A DNA stretch of 63,702 nucleotides, filler included, from Octopus bimaculoides (GCF_001194135.2; 6 parts of 5 records of this genome joined end to end with filler, not necessarily neighbours in it); one strand, 5' to 3'; positions 1 to 13,485 are shown, numbered from the whole stretch's first letter. The notes: generated by a model not told the origin, from the letters alone. Made by a program: numbers and translations.

Positions 1-222
1 ATATATATATATATGTTAGTGTGTGTGTGTAGAGCATTTAAGTATCCAGCAGTCACAAAGAAAGACAATCGTATATCTGTCGATGAAGTGACTATTATTC
101 AAAGTATAATGGATATATAATACTGAATATGTTAATACATACACAAGTACACTCGCATACATCCATATATATGTATACATGCAGATACATATAGATACAT
201 ATACATATATATGCTTGTATAC

Positions 223-257
223 ACATACATACATACATACATACATACATACATACA

Positions 258-286
<29 letters not shown>
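223..286. repeat. (TACA)n microsatellite
   Basis: Direct reading; it explains the MYVC/YIHT ORFs. Confidence 0.95.
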
Positions 287-288
<2 letters not shown>

Positions 289-717
289 CTACAGTTATAC
301 ATGAGTAAAGATCAAGTTTATGTTAAGGTTAATATTCATGATTTTACTGAAGCTATACCTGATAATGAGTTATCTAAAGAAAGAGGCACATGCTCAATTA
401 GATTTCGGTGTGTATGTAAAAATGTACGTATACATAGAAGTAAACGTACTGTGAGAAAGTACATTTATTCGATACCGGCTGTAGAAATCAATTTAAACGA
501 ACTATTAATCATGGACCAAATATTCCACAAGCTTAAACGGCAATATCTTTGTAACGACTGCCTGTGCACTCACTCACTCTGGCATTCGTATAGAAACACA
601 CAATCGTACAGAGAAAGGGACACCTACACATAAAGATGCATATATTAAAGGAAGAAGACGTTATACTGGGGACAATCAGGATAATGGTTCTCACCGTTGA
701 AGCTATTTTCCTTCTCA

Positions 718-726
718 TAATCGTTG

Positions 727-759
<33 letters not shown>

Positions 760-805
760 ATATCATCATCATCACCACCACCACCACCACCACCACCACC
801 GCCAC

Positions 806-848
<43 letters not shown>

Positions 849-1095
849 GTCATCACTATCATCATCATCAACCCTCTTCTCTTCCGCCTCCTTCTCATCA
901 TTGTCGTCGTTATCATCATCATCATCATTATAATCCTCATCACCACCACCACCACCACCACCACCACTACCACCACCACCACCACTACCACCACCACCAC
1001 CATCACCATCACCAACACCACTACCACCCCCACCATCATCCTCATCGTCATCACCACCAACATCATTGCAATCATTATCATATTCATCATCATCA
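718..1095. repeat. Compound (CAT)n/(CAC)n trinucleotide repeat
   Basis: Direct reading; it produces homopolymer ORFs in all frames. Confidence 0.95.
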
Positions 1096-3882
1096 GTCCC
1101 TAGATAAGGCTAAAGACCATTTGTATATTTCACAGCAGAAAATAATGATAAAACAAGCAAGGTATTTTTTTAATAGCTCTCTAATTTAGGCAATCGTGAC
1201 CACAGATATGGTTGTTTATTTTTCATCGGTCTGTATATATTACAATATTACCATCTGTTGTTTTTATGCGTTACAGTATTCATTTAAGATATGCACCGAT
1301 CGTATCGTATCTTGGCATTTCAAGAAAGATACATACTTCACGTCTGGTAAAAATTATCTTTAAAATATGCAAAAATCACTCAATCTTGCGTCTCTAAAAT
1401 TATTACGCTGCACAAATATACGAATGTAAATTCTGATATTGTTCTCAATAAAGTTCAACGAAATGTCAACAGGTCAATAAAATGATTCGAATGTTTGAAT
1501 ATGGATTTACTTTATGCAAATGTGTTACCCGCATTACGACAAGGATCTTTGGCAGCTTAGACCATGAGTAAACAGTCATTATTTTCTTTAGATAATATAA
1601 TGATATCTATATATCTATCTACGTATCTTTCTCTCTTTCTCTTTTTCTATCTCTCTCTCTATATATATAATATTTTATATGCGTGCATATATGTATATAT
1701 GAATACACATATGTATACATTAAGTACATTTATATATATATATATATATATNNNNNNNNNNNNNNNNNNNNNNNNNNNNNNNNNNNNNNNNNNNNNNNNN
1801 NNNNNNNNNNNNNNNNNNNNNNNNNNNNNNNNNNNNNNNNNNNNNNNNNNNNNNNNNNNNNNNNNNNNNNNNNNNNNNNNNNNNNNNNNNNNNNNNNNNN
1901 NNNNNNNNNNNNNNNNNNNNNNNNNNNNNNNNNNNNNNNNNNNNNNNNNNNNNNNNNNNNNNNNNNNNNNNNNNNNNNNNNNNNNNNNNNNNNNNNNNNN
2001 NNNNNNNNNNNNNNNNNNNNNNNNNNNNNNNNNNNNNNNNNNNNNNNNNNNNNNNNNNNNNNNNNNNNNNNNNNNNNNNNNNNNNNNNNNNNNNNNNNNN
2101 NNNNNNNNNNNNNNNNNNNNNNNNNNNNNNNNNNNNNNNNNNNNNNNNNNNNNNNNNNNNNNNNNNNNNNNNNNNNNNNNNNNNNNNNNNNNNNNNNNNN
2201 NNNNNNNNNNNNNNNNNNNNNNNNNNNNNNNNNNNNNNNNNNNNNNNNNNNNNNNNNNNNNNNNNNNNNTAAACACAATGAGAAATGAAAACATAAAGAC
2301 GATTATAGAAAACGAACTTTTTTCGAACAACGAAAAAAACAAGCAGAGAAACGAGACATGCAACTTAAACAGTATAACCTTTCGTCAGTTTTTCCAGTTC
2401 CATCTACTCCGCGTTTCGAAGGCAAGGAGAATACGCGACTTCATTGGAACAGTCCTTCCCGCAAAGCAAATTAAATAAAATTTGGAATCTTTTGCGGAGG
2501 GTGAAAGTGTTAACAAGAACAGGACGGTGATAACAAGACAGTAAAACGAACAGTGAATCAACGGTTTTGTTTAAAGCGACCTAAAAGCAGGGAATGTATT
2601 AGTAAGGTCAAATCGAAAACAGGAAGAGAGGAAGAAAGGAAGAAACAAAATGCGGGTGGAGGGAGAAATAGAAGAAAAAGGAAGAAAAAATATTAAAAGG
2701 AATAAAGATAAGAATGGAAAAAGGAGTACAAAAATATAGATAAAGAAAAGTGTACCAGAATGGTCAGGGAGTATAAGAATGTAGGAACGGGAGGATAACG
2801 GTGAGAGAGAAAGCTATTAGAGTGTAGAAAGATAGAAAGAATGGGGGATTGTGGAGAGAGAGAGAAATAAAAAGCTTTAAGGAGTGTCAATTGCAGTGAT
2901 GAGGTCTAAATGATGGGGTAGAAAAGGAATTAGGATGGTTAGACAGCTTAGGCTGGTCAGTAGTAGTAGTAGTAGAATAAAAACGTGTGTACATATGTAT
3001 GCATTAGACGTATATATATATATATAAACAGATAATAAATNNNNNNNNNNNNNNNNNNNNNNNNNNNNNNNNNNNNNNNNNNNNNNNNNNNNNNNNNNNN
3101 NNNNNNNNNNNNNNNNNNNNNNNNNNNNNNNNNNNNNNNNNNNNNNNNNNNNNNNNNNNNNNNNNNNNNNNNNNNNNNNNNNNNNNNNNNNNNNNNNNNN
3201 NNNNNNNNNNNNNNNNNNNNNNNNNNNNNNNNNNNNNNNNNNNNNNNNNNNNNNNNNNNNNNNNNNNNNNNNNNNNNNNNNNNNNNNNNNNNNNNNNNNN
3301 NNNNNNNNNNNNNNNNNNNNNNNNNNNNNNNNNNNNNNNNNNNNNNNNNNNNNNNNNNNNNNNNNNNNNNNNNNNNNNNNNNNNNNNNNNNNNNNNNNNN
3401 NNNNNNNNNNNNNNNNNNNNNNNNNNNNNNNNNNNNNNNNNNNNNNNNNNNNNNNNNNNNNNNNNNNNNNNNNNNNNNNNNNNNNNNNNNNNNNNNNNNN
3501 NNNNNNNNNNNNNNNNNNNNNNNNNNNNNNNNNNNNNNNNNNNNNNNNNNNNNNNNNNNNNNNNNNNNNNNNNNNNNNNNNNNNNNNNNNNNNNNNNNNN
3601 NNNNNNNNNNNNNNNNNNNNNNNNNNNNNNNNNNNNNNNNNNNNNNNNNNNNNNNNNNNNNNNNNNNNNNNNNNNNNNNNNNNNNNNNNNNNNNNNNNNN
3701 NNNNNNNNNNNNNNNNNNNNNNNNNNNNNNNNNNNNNNNNNNNNNNNNNNNNNNNNNNNNNNNNNNNNNNNNNNNNNNNNNNNNNNNNNNNNNNNNNNNN
3801 NNNNNNNNNNNNNNNNNNNNNNNNNNNNNNNNNNNNNNNNNTTGTAAATTACATTTATATCTTCTGCAATGGGTTTGTAACG

Positions 3883-3926
<44 letters not shown>

Positions 3927-6900
3927 GATGAGATTTTCATACAAGTAGACCTTTTCCTCCACCCTGCTTAACACATAACACTTAACACTGTTGTAATTAT
4001 TTATTCCCGCTTAAACGTGGATGTTCTATTAGAACAAACTGTACTGCTGAAGATACCACAACATACACTCCCGTATTGGCTTTTGGTGCAAAATACACAT
4101 CTGACTGTATCGACAGCAGAGAGATAAATCCCCGACATCGCTAGTGATGAAACCAACACATGACGTAATTTGGGTTTTACTTGGTGTTGACAACGATTGA
4201 TACTTGACCGCTCGAGATATCAGTGATACATTCAAAGCTTACACTGAACATTTCACTGCGTCAAGGGAGGAAATGCAGGGAGTTGGTCGTCATTTGCGTG
4301 TGCCAACATAAATTACAAAACATTAAACACCCAAATCGTGTCCAAACCATGCTTGCTTACAAGTGACTGTTTAGCAAGCATATGCACACACACACACACG
4401 CTCACACGCACATATGTACACTCACATTATATATATGAATGCCTATATATATATGTGTATTTTTGTTCATGGTGTGTGTTATCTCTGGTACTGAACTTTA
4501 AATACTTTCTTGAATCGATTATGTTACGTTATACATCCTGCGTGCTATCGATTTTTGTTCAAAACACCAGAACTGATTCTTTCTCCTTGACAACCTAATT
4601 ACCTTAACAGCGCGAGGCTTTTCTCTGGGCTGTTTTTGGAAATAAATGCTTGGCAGTTGAACAATGCTGATCGTTAAACTTAGGTGAGTCTCTAGCAGTG
4701 AATGACGCGTGTCTCTTTGTTTGCGTATTGCGTATTTGATTTCTGACGCTGATTTTCTATTGTGCCGTATTACTACAAGTATACACACACACACACACAC
4801 CTGTATATAGGTATGTATGTACTTACACCCGTGCAGTTGGCACANNNNNNNNNNNNNNNNNNNNNNNNNNNNNNNNNNNNNNNNNNNNNNNNNNNNNNNN
4901 NNNNNNNNNNNNNNNNNNNNNNNNNNNNNNNNNNNNNNNNNNNNNNNNNNNNNNNNNNNNNNNNNNNNNNNNNNNNNNNNNNNNNNNNNNNNNNNNNNNN
5001 NNNNNNNNNNNNNNNNNNNNNNNNNNNNNNNNNNNNNNNNNNNNNNNNNNNNNNNNNNNNNNNNNNNNNNNNNNNNNNNNNNNNNNNNNNNNNNNNNNNN
5101 NNNNNNNNNNNNNNNNNNNNNNNNNNNNNNNNNNNNNNNNNNNNNNNNNNNNNNNNNNNNNNNNNNNNNNNNNNNNNNNNNNNNNNNNNNNNNNNNNNNN
5201 NNNNNNNNNNNNNNNNNNNNNNNNNNNNNNNNNNNNNNNNNNNNNNNNNNNNNNNNNNNNNNNNNNNNNNNNNNNNNNNNNNNNNNNNNNNNNNNNNNNN
5301 NNNNNNNNNNNNNNNNNNNNNNNNNNNNNNNNNNNNNNNNNNNNNNNNNNNNNNNNNNNNNNNNNNNNNNNNNNNNNNNNNNNNNNNNNNNNNNNNNNNN
5401 NNNNNNNNNNNNNNNNNNNNNNNNNNNNNNNNNNNNNNNNNNNNNNNNNNNNNNNNNNNNNNNNNNNNNNNNNNNNNNNNNNNNNNNNNNNNNNNNNNNN
5501 NNNNNNNNNNNNNNNNNNNNNNNNNNNNNNNNNNNNNNNNNNNNNNNNNNNNNNNNNNNNNNNNNNNNNNNNNNNNNNNNNNNNNNNNNNNNNNNNNNNN
5601 NNNNNNNNNNNNNNNNNNNNNNNNNNNNNNNNNNNNNNNNNNNNNNNNNNNNNNNTCAGTTTGAATTAGGAAAAAATATGGATAAATATGTATTCTTGGA
5701 TTTTATATTATTCATTTGGTTTTTTTAAAAGATTATTTTTAATAGATAACTTATTTAACACTAAATTATTTACAAGTTAGAGTATCATTTCAACATAATA
5801 TAAGACTTCGATTTGATTAGGGTTGAAATATTTTCGATTATTTTCGATTAATACTATCTGGTAAATAACTAGTCTTTATTGTTTATAATATCGATAAAGG
5901 TTTTTTTTATTAAAACTTAGGCTATATAAAGTTTAATCTTTGATTCATAATAATATTTTTCATTCATAGTGTTATTTTTATTTCTACGTTTGTAGAAATA
6001 AGTATTCTTATATTTTTTTATTATTCAATTGATTTTTAATGATAATTAAATAAACGTTTTTAGTCTTAAATAGTCTAGTTTTAACTATTACCCCGGTTAA
6101 ATATGTGCTAATATTATCTTTATTATTATCTTAACCTTAAACTTCGTTGAAATTGTATTTAAAACGATAATAATTTATTTAAGCTGGTTTTTGTATATAA
6201 TTTACATGTTAGCATATATTATAATGGCTGTAGGGATGATTATGGAATGTTTATTATTTTGATATTTTTAATATTATTTTTCTATCTTTATAAAATAAAT
6301 AGTTTATATAAATTCATTTGGTACTTATTGTTGGTTGATATATACATTTATTTATTATTATTATTGTTGACGATTAGCTGAATTGTTTAATACAATATAT
6401 TTTCGATAATTTTAATCGATTTTAATCAATTTAAATTTCGTTTCTATTTGAAAATTAGTTATGAAACACGTGTAGTCATTTTATTATATTTATCTTATGA
6501 TATTTACTTTGTATTATACTATACCCATTTATTGTGCTTGAAATTATTAATTTTTCTATATGTGACAGTGGATTTTCATCGATGAGTTCATGAACCTTGG
6601 TTCTTTTCCCTAAAACTATATATTTATATATATTTTACTCTGTAAAGCTTAATTTAATTTTAATTTTCTATAAATTGATTTTAATTGAGTTTTTACCTGT
6701 AATTTTGGATTTTGTCCCTAATATTATTATTACGCATCACGTAACAGTAATCTCAGTGAAATTTTACGTTTTCTAATTATGAATCGTAAATACCTGTTCT
6801 TTTCTGTGCTTCTCTTGTCCTCTGTCTTGGGGGTGATATAGCGTTTCATTCCTCTACTGTTTCGGCCAATTTATGCAAAAGTTGTCTATTTTGTTTACTG

Positions 6901-7199
6901 TCTATCAGACATTCCTTAGTAACAAGGTAACCATGTTTCCAGTACATCCACTGAAATCTACCTGTTAGGATTGCATGTTGCATCACATCCATTATTTTAT
7001 CCTTGTTCACCAAGCTCGCTATCTTTTATCCTTTCAACCTACCTCATCTATTCGATTGTTCCAAGAAACACTCAACTGCACACCTTTATTTCTTTGAAGC
7101 ATTCAACATCGATGATTGAGAAGGCAGAAGTGTTATTTACTGTCAAGAGCAATCACTATATTGTGCACTCTTGATTAATAACATAGTATCATGGAAATC

Positions 7200-8560
7200 C
7201 AGACCTCCCGAATCCACACCATTAGTTTGTCTAGCTTGTACCTATCTCCATGTTCTATAGATAACATAAACTTATCCTTGGCCCTTCAGTTCCCTATAGC
7301 TCAGAATATCCTGAGGACTATGGAACGCACAGTTCATTTTAATTGAACTAATGGTCCTTTTCCAAAGCAATTATTCTATTGTTTTATTAGCAGAGGTTTG
7401 TAGCGATCCAAGACACTTGCAAATACCGATGTTTCATATTCGCACATTGAAATCAACAAGTGTCTCGATTGCAGTTGGCGATGCAAGAGCTAAAACTTGT
7501 TTCAGAGAAATTCTTTTCAATTGCCAAAAGTCCATCCTATATCACAATCAAGATTAAATTCCCACATATCTACTATTAAGTAACCCATAGTAGAGCCTGC
7601 TTAGATCCTAACAAGTCCTTACGTTAATGTAGGCATGGGGTCTACAATGTTATTGTCTTCTGATGCGCAGGGTTTCATTATGCAATTTCATTATTTTGAA
7701 ACGTATATTAGACCACCATATCCACTCATCCATGAAGTTCTTAAAATTTACCATGTTATCGCGTACATAAATGCTTTCTCTGGAGAGTGTCTTTATTTCG
7801 TAGTCGTGGATCGTTGTATCTCATAAGTCAGCGTCTATATAGCCAATATTATGCATTCGATGTTTATTCCTTCTTCAGACTTATATCAAAGCATTGTATG
7901 AATTATTTGCTGCAACTCGTGCGTAGAACCTTCTGAAGTGATTCATCGAAAATCTGCTGGAATGCAGAAGAGCGCCAAAACATACTCAGAAATTTACTCC
8001 AACCCGTATAACATGCCAGATCCATGTATGTTTGTCTTTGTATATCATCCCAGATAATAGCTGTGTGTTCTATGTACCGTGATATACTCGAGAATACTGT
8101 TTGCGCAACTGTATTGTTAATCAAACGATTATCGAAACGAAATTACATATATCGTCTTACAGTATTACTAGGGAATGTTTTCAAATCTACATTCAATAGA
8201 GTCTCAGTTGGTTGAGAGTTGATGAGTTCTACTCGTTTATGAGCAGAGTAACCTCTGGACTTGCCCAGCCATTCATAATACCGTTCGCTTTCCAAACTCT
8301 TCAAACAATGATAGATCATCGCTCAGCATGTGGTACTTGTACATGTTTTACAGAGACCCATTTAGGGTATCTAACCAATTCGTTCCCTTCTATTTTGACA
8401 ACAACCCTGCGTTTATTCGTACAAAGGTCTATGATATTTTTGAAACATGTGTATGTTTCGGTTTCTGTATCATTAATAGTGACCTAGCATCTCCAAGATT
8501 ATGATTAATGGAGAGTATTATTCGACATATGACGGGTAAACCTGGAAATGTACTTTTGCC
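7200..8560 (-). mobile_element. Decayed Gypsy/Ty3-type pol (RT to RNase H) fossil
   Basis: Manual minus-strand translation across stops and frameshifts gives VPHAER..KANGIMNGWASPEV (RT N-terminal WASP motif), RSSAFQQIFDESL (FG.SSAP.IFQ..MD-like) and KQVLAL (APVLA-like). Boundaries are approximate. Confidence 0.5.
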
Positions 8561-8930
8561 ACCATGGGAAAAATTAGGAAATATGGTATATGTACAATAA
8601 TTATTTAATTTTTTCAAAGTTTTTTGGTGCTTATACAAAATGATTAATTGAATACTAATTTGCAAAAAAAAAATATTTATTACCATAAAAGATAAGTGAA
8701 GTAAAACCAGTTTCTTATTTGCATATTTGTAATAAATACTTTATATATTATCTACTCTTTATAAGTATAATCGCAACTCATTCGAAAACCTATCTCTGCA
8801 AAATGCAACTGAAGAAATGTGTTCTTTTTAGAAAGTTATGAAACATTCATCTTGCATTTCATGATACCACTTTCTCTATTTCTCATCTAGTGTCTCTTCC
8901 ACACATTCACCATACACTTTTATTCGTTTA

Positions 8931-9171
8931 TTCTTTTACTTGTTTCAGTCATTTGACTGTGGCCATAGCGGAGCGCCACCTTGAAGGATTTTAGTCAAAC
9001 AAATCGACCCCAGGACTTTTTTTTTTTAAGCCTAGTACTTATTCTAACGGTCTCCTTTGCCGAACAGCTAAGTTACAGGGATGTAAACACACCAACACCG
9101 GTGTCAAGTGCTGAGGGGTTAGAAACAAAGACAAAGACACACTCAAATATATACATACATAAATATATAAG

Positions 9172-9218
<47 letters not shown>

Positions 9219-9245
9219 GCACTACTACTGCTGCTGCTGCTGCTG

Positions 9246-9278
<33 letters not shown>

Positions 9279-9550
9279 TTACTACTATATATGCACGGAG
9301 AAGTGGAAATACCTGGTTTGGTGTCCAGGCTCGCGATTGACCCACTGGGAGAGGGAGGGCCTTATGTTGTTGTCACAACATCTCTCTAGATGGAAACTCT
9401 GAGAGAAAACATACGACATTGACAATATTCGATGATGCAGACCAGGTCTTGAAAAACAGTAAGACCTCTCATACAAATAGTCGTAGCCTTCGCATGTATG
9501 GGAACTTCGATCAGGCGATGGCAATACTCGAACACGAGTTTGTAGCCATC

Positions 9551-9616
<66 letters not shown>

Positions 9617-9680
9617 TAAAATCTCGTTGGTCAGCCCAAAGCTATAGTAGAAGACACTTGCCCAAGATAACACGCAGTGA
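8931..9680 (-). mobile_element. OR2-type CORE-like tRNA SINE split into tail (8931-9110) and partial head (9611-9680)
   Basis: Tail ttttacttgtttcagtcatttgactg.ggccat and head gtagaagacacttgcccaag match other copies in the window, e.g. 27282-27949. Confidence 0.8.
9171..9285. repeat. (TAC)n/(TGC)n microsatellite
   Basis: Direct reading. Confidence 0.95.
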
Positions 9681-10135
9681 TATGATGTGAATCGAGACAA
9701 CAGAAATGAATCCAACCAACTCAGCAAACAAATATGTATATTGGTTGTAATTAAAAAGAGGTATATTGCTTCTGTTTAATAGAGAATATATGTGTGCCTC
9801 AAGCTGGTCGTTTCAACATTTCTAGTGTCATAGGGAAGTCTGTTTGCGTATCTATAAAGGTTTTCGAAAAAATATCCCCGCATTATTACATTCGTCCACT
9901 TATTTCCTTCGTCCTTCAAATCGCATCTAGGTGACATAAATATTCCTTACCATCATTCTACCATATCCTCAGGTCTTTGTTTTTTTTCACTCCCATCAAT
10001 TTATGCACTCCACTTCAAACATTTCGTCTCTTTTCCCGAGCTCTTCCACAAAGTGGTTACTACTGGTCTACCTTATCGTTACTATATTATTGCTGTCTTC
10101 ATCATAATGAAACAAATCATTGAAGCACTTGCTTT

Positions 10136-10244
10136 TCTTCTTGTTCTTGTTCTTGTTGTTCTTCGTCTTCTTCTTCTTCTTCTTCTTCTTCTTCTTCTTC
10201 TTCTTCTTCTTCTTCTTCTTCTTCTTCTCCCCCTTTTGTTGTTT

Positions 10245-10280
<36 letters not shown>
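10136..10280. repeat. (CTT)n followed by (CTA)n microsatellites
   Basis: Direct reading; source of the poly-Leu ORF. Confidence 0.95.
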
Positions 10281-11569
10281 GACTGACACCTAAAATAAAT
10301 ATTTATAGAGGGAGAAAGAGAGAAAGCGAAAGAGAGTGAGAGAGTGGGATAGCAGAAAGAGTGAGTGAAAGAGGGAGTTATAAACAGAAAGATTTATATA
10401 GATGGGGGTGAGAGAATATCTGATTCAACATAGTCATGACTGAATTAAAGAAATGAGTTGTTGTAATACAAATGTGAAAGATTTGATTGAAAACAAAGTT
10501 ATCATTTACTATCCAATAAAATAAGTAAATGGTATTTAACGAAATTGGAGGGATGAAAGTGAATGTGGCTCCATGTGTACTTTTAATTAATAGGGCAAAC
10601 GAATGAAATGAAAAACTCTACTTAGATTATTCCAACTTTGCCTCGTTTCTGTTATTTAAAATGATACAGCGAAACAAAGCACAATTCAACAATAGCGTCC
10701 TGCATGCATAATGTTTAAACAAATAAATAAAAAACAAAACATGAGCAACAGATAGTCGCAACGTTGATGTCTTTGTCCGTAGGTTCGCTCTATAATCAAC
10801 GACAACAGTTGAAGAAACTAAAAATAAAAACGTATGTAACGAGATAGTGTAACTAATGTATAGAAATCCAGAAGTCTTACAACATTCCTAATGTGAAATC
10901 TTTTGTTGAAACTGATATTGTTATATTTCGGGATGGTCATTTACATTTTTTTTTTCTTCCTAAATCAGGACACGAATTATTCACTCTTTTATTATTGTTC
11001 TTATTTTGTGTCCAGTGTTTGGAAATCTTTCGTCACACACCTGCGACCTCTTCAGTGACTTTTCCATCTGACGGGTTTCTTTCTGTTCTGTTTAGTCCAT
11101 TACCACTTTCTATGGAGTGCATTCTATCGGCACACTCGTCTGTGTCTGTATCTGTGCGCGTGTGTACACGTGTCTATGTTCTGTGTGTATATACCGGTGT
11201 GCTTACTATACTGTTTGTATCCGTGCCCGTTATATAGATTTTTAAAATTTCATTTCATTTATTTCATTTACTTACTTCTTTATCTCTATTTTATTTAGTT
11301 ATTTTTTTATTTCATCTTAAGTATGTGTATGTGTCTCTTTTGTGTGTGTGTATGTGTGTATATGCATTTGTGTATTTTACTCTATGTATCTGGGACTGTT
11401 TTGCCCCTTCTGTTTTTGGTCGTCGCGTTGCGTAGTGTGGTGGTGGTAGACGGTGTTATTGTTCCATTCATGTTTTCCATTAAGGTTCGGTCTGTCTATT
11501 ACTCTATGTGTGGCTTCTATAATTTTTCCAAGCGTCGTGTCTGTTTTATACATTCATAATACCCTAACT

Positions 11570-12490
11570 TCTATGCTATCAAAAGAGCCTCTATGTTCTA
11601 ACAGAGCATCTTGGTAGAGTACTGACGAGCTTTTCTCTTCTTTGCGTTCCTTCCAGTGAACGCCAATCCGCTCTTCTAAGCTACGTGTCGTCTCATCAAT
11701 GTAAGTTTTCTTGTTTCTGCTCCGTCCCTCAGTACATCGTACACTATAGATTACTTTCCTAATCTTACAGTTAACCTGTTAGTTCATCTTACATACTTTA
11801 CAGTTGTTCTCGTACATGTTTAGCTATCAAATGGATGTATTCTACAGAACAGGGATTTTATGAGAGTTTCTGCCTTTACAACATTTTTAATCCGTAGATT
11901 TACCTTATTTAATGCTTTCCCAAAAAGATATGCTAGTTCGTCGCCAAGGGTAGCATCAACAAACATGACACACTAGTATTTTTGGTTGTCATACCATGAG
12001 TTAGTCCTATCTATCTTATTTTCGGCCCATTCTATGCTGTTCAAGGATTTACTCCTGTGTAACGAGCAAATTTCATTTACATTATTATCTAGGATGGCCA
12101 TGTACTTAGTCCTGACTACTTTGCACAATCTAATCCTGTCCCTTTGGTTGTAGACAGAGAGTTGCATGCGGTAGATGAAATTGTGTATATGTTTTTACAA
12201 TTCCATTGGGTCGCACATAAGGGTCACATTCCTCATCACTCACAACAAGTTGCAATTAAAATTTCGAACTTGGCGTTGTCTGCCGTAGCTACATTCTTGT
12301 TGACCAGGTATTTGGAGGCAATGGGTTTGGCATAGTGGGAATGAAGGATATGGATCTTATTATTCTTAGTTTCCAGCCAAAGTTCCGTGTCTGAGACTTG
12401 TAGCCTATAGTTAGGGTGCTTACTAGGGTAATCTACAGTTACTCTAATACGCTGGTGGATGAAGTTAGCTATTTGGTGGATATTTTTCCG
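11570..12490 (-). mobile_element. Penelope-like element fossil (RT C-terminus, linker, GIY-YIG endonuclease); Neptune-like
   Basis: Minus-strand translation gives IANFIHQRIRVTVDYPSKHPNYRLQVSDTELW..ILHSHYAKPIASK, VMFVDATLGDEL..IKNVVK and KVIYSVRC..TYIDETTRSLEERIGVH (GIY-YIG-like VIY..YIxET.R). It contains stops and frameshifts. Confidence 0.75.
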
Positions 12491-12558
12491 AGTACTAGCT
12501 TCAAATAAAAGACACACATACACATAATTAAAGGTGAAATAAAAATTATTATTTTTGC

Positions 12559-12675
12559 TTTTCATCCTTCTTGGAGTTGATAAAATAAGTACCAGCTGAG
12601 TAGTGGAGTTGATGTAATCGTCTTTCCCTTACCCCAAATTTCAGGCTCTCTGCCTATGGTAGAAATGATTGGTAT
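12559..12675 (+). mobile_element. Family-C tRNA SINE, 3' half
   Basis: tttcatcctt...gataaaataagtaccag core shared with 23536-23749. Confidence 0.65.
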
Positions 12676-12758
12676 TATCATTGTAAATGTCGCGCAATAT
12701 CAAATATCATGTTTTTGTTAAATGAAGATATTTAGTCTACCGGGGGTTGTTGTTGTTG

Positions 12759-12823
<65 letters not shown>

Positions 12824-12866
12824 GTTGTTCAGTAGTTTTATTTTTATAACGTGCTTTCACTTCACT

Positions 12867-12966
12867 NNNNNNNNNNNNNNNNNNNNNNNNNNNNNNNNNN
12901 NNNNNNNNNNTTAATTAATTAANNNNNNNNNNNNNNNNNNNNNNNNNNNNNNNNNNNNNNNNNNNN
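12867..12966. other. Assembly spacer N44-TTAATTAATTAA-N44
   Basis: Exactly 100 bp. Identical spacers occur at 27009-27108, 48708-48807, 55281-55380 and 61774-61873. Confidence 0.95.
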
Positions 12967-13485
12967 GAATATGAACGTAAATAAATTAATTAAAAAGTCT
13001 CTATCTGATCTGATATAAACGAAATTGTTACAAACACACATATGGACGCACATACTTACATATAAGCGCGAACACATAAGTGCGTGCACACATATGAGCG
13101 TGCACACATACGAGCTTGCACACACTCACATGCTCATACCGAACAGTTTCGAAACAACGCCAAAACAACGCCAGATCATACATTCAAAATAAATGGAAGT
13201 GGAGAGACAAGTTACTGAAGAGATTGCAAGAGTGCAATGAAATAATTTAACAAAAAACTATATAAATTAATAAAGGACTGAACCAGTGCGTGTGTTTATT
13301 ACCGGCATAATGCCTCTCCCAAGGTTTAATTGACATACATAGTGTTAGATGGTTAAGCAGGTGAATGCTTGATGGAATGATAGGCAGATGAGCGTGATAG
13401 ATAGACTGACAGACACAGAGACAGTGGTATGGAGAGACTAACAAACAGATGGACAAGAATATAAGACAGACTAACAGACAAATGA

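Noticed and set aside
16-1103. ORFs with MYVC, poly-Ile, poly-Met or poly-Ser runs (also at 9073, 10053, 32640-33092, 42661-43168 and 43292-43676)
   Set aside because: They are translations of microsatellites, open only because the repeats lack stop codons.
2271-2690. Minus-strand GAAAC...CTGACGA arrangement suggesting a type II hammerhead
   Set aside because: There is no NUH triplet or stem I/III in register. It is probably a repeat terminus with only partial motif similarity.
1564-5728. Long ORFs containing X runs (also at 21720-22911, 36268-36883, 49423-50142, 53743-54130 and 57106-57592)
   Set aside because: They span N gaps and are not evidence of coding.
12911-12922. Recurrent TTAATTAATTAA motif (five sites) that could look like a regulatory or recombination site
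   Set aside because: It is always centred in exactly N44-12-N44 and gives stops in all six frames, so it is an artificial scaffolding linker.
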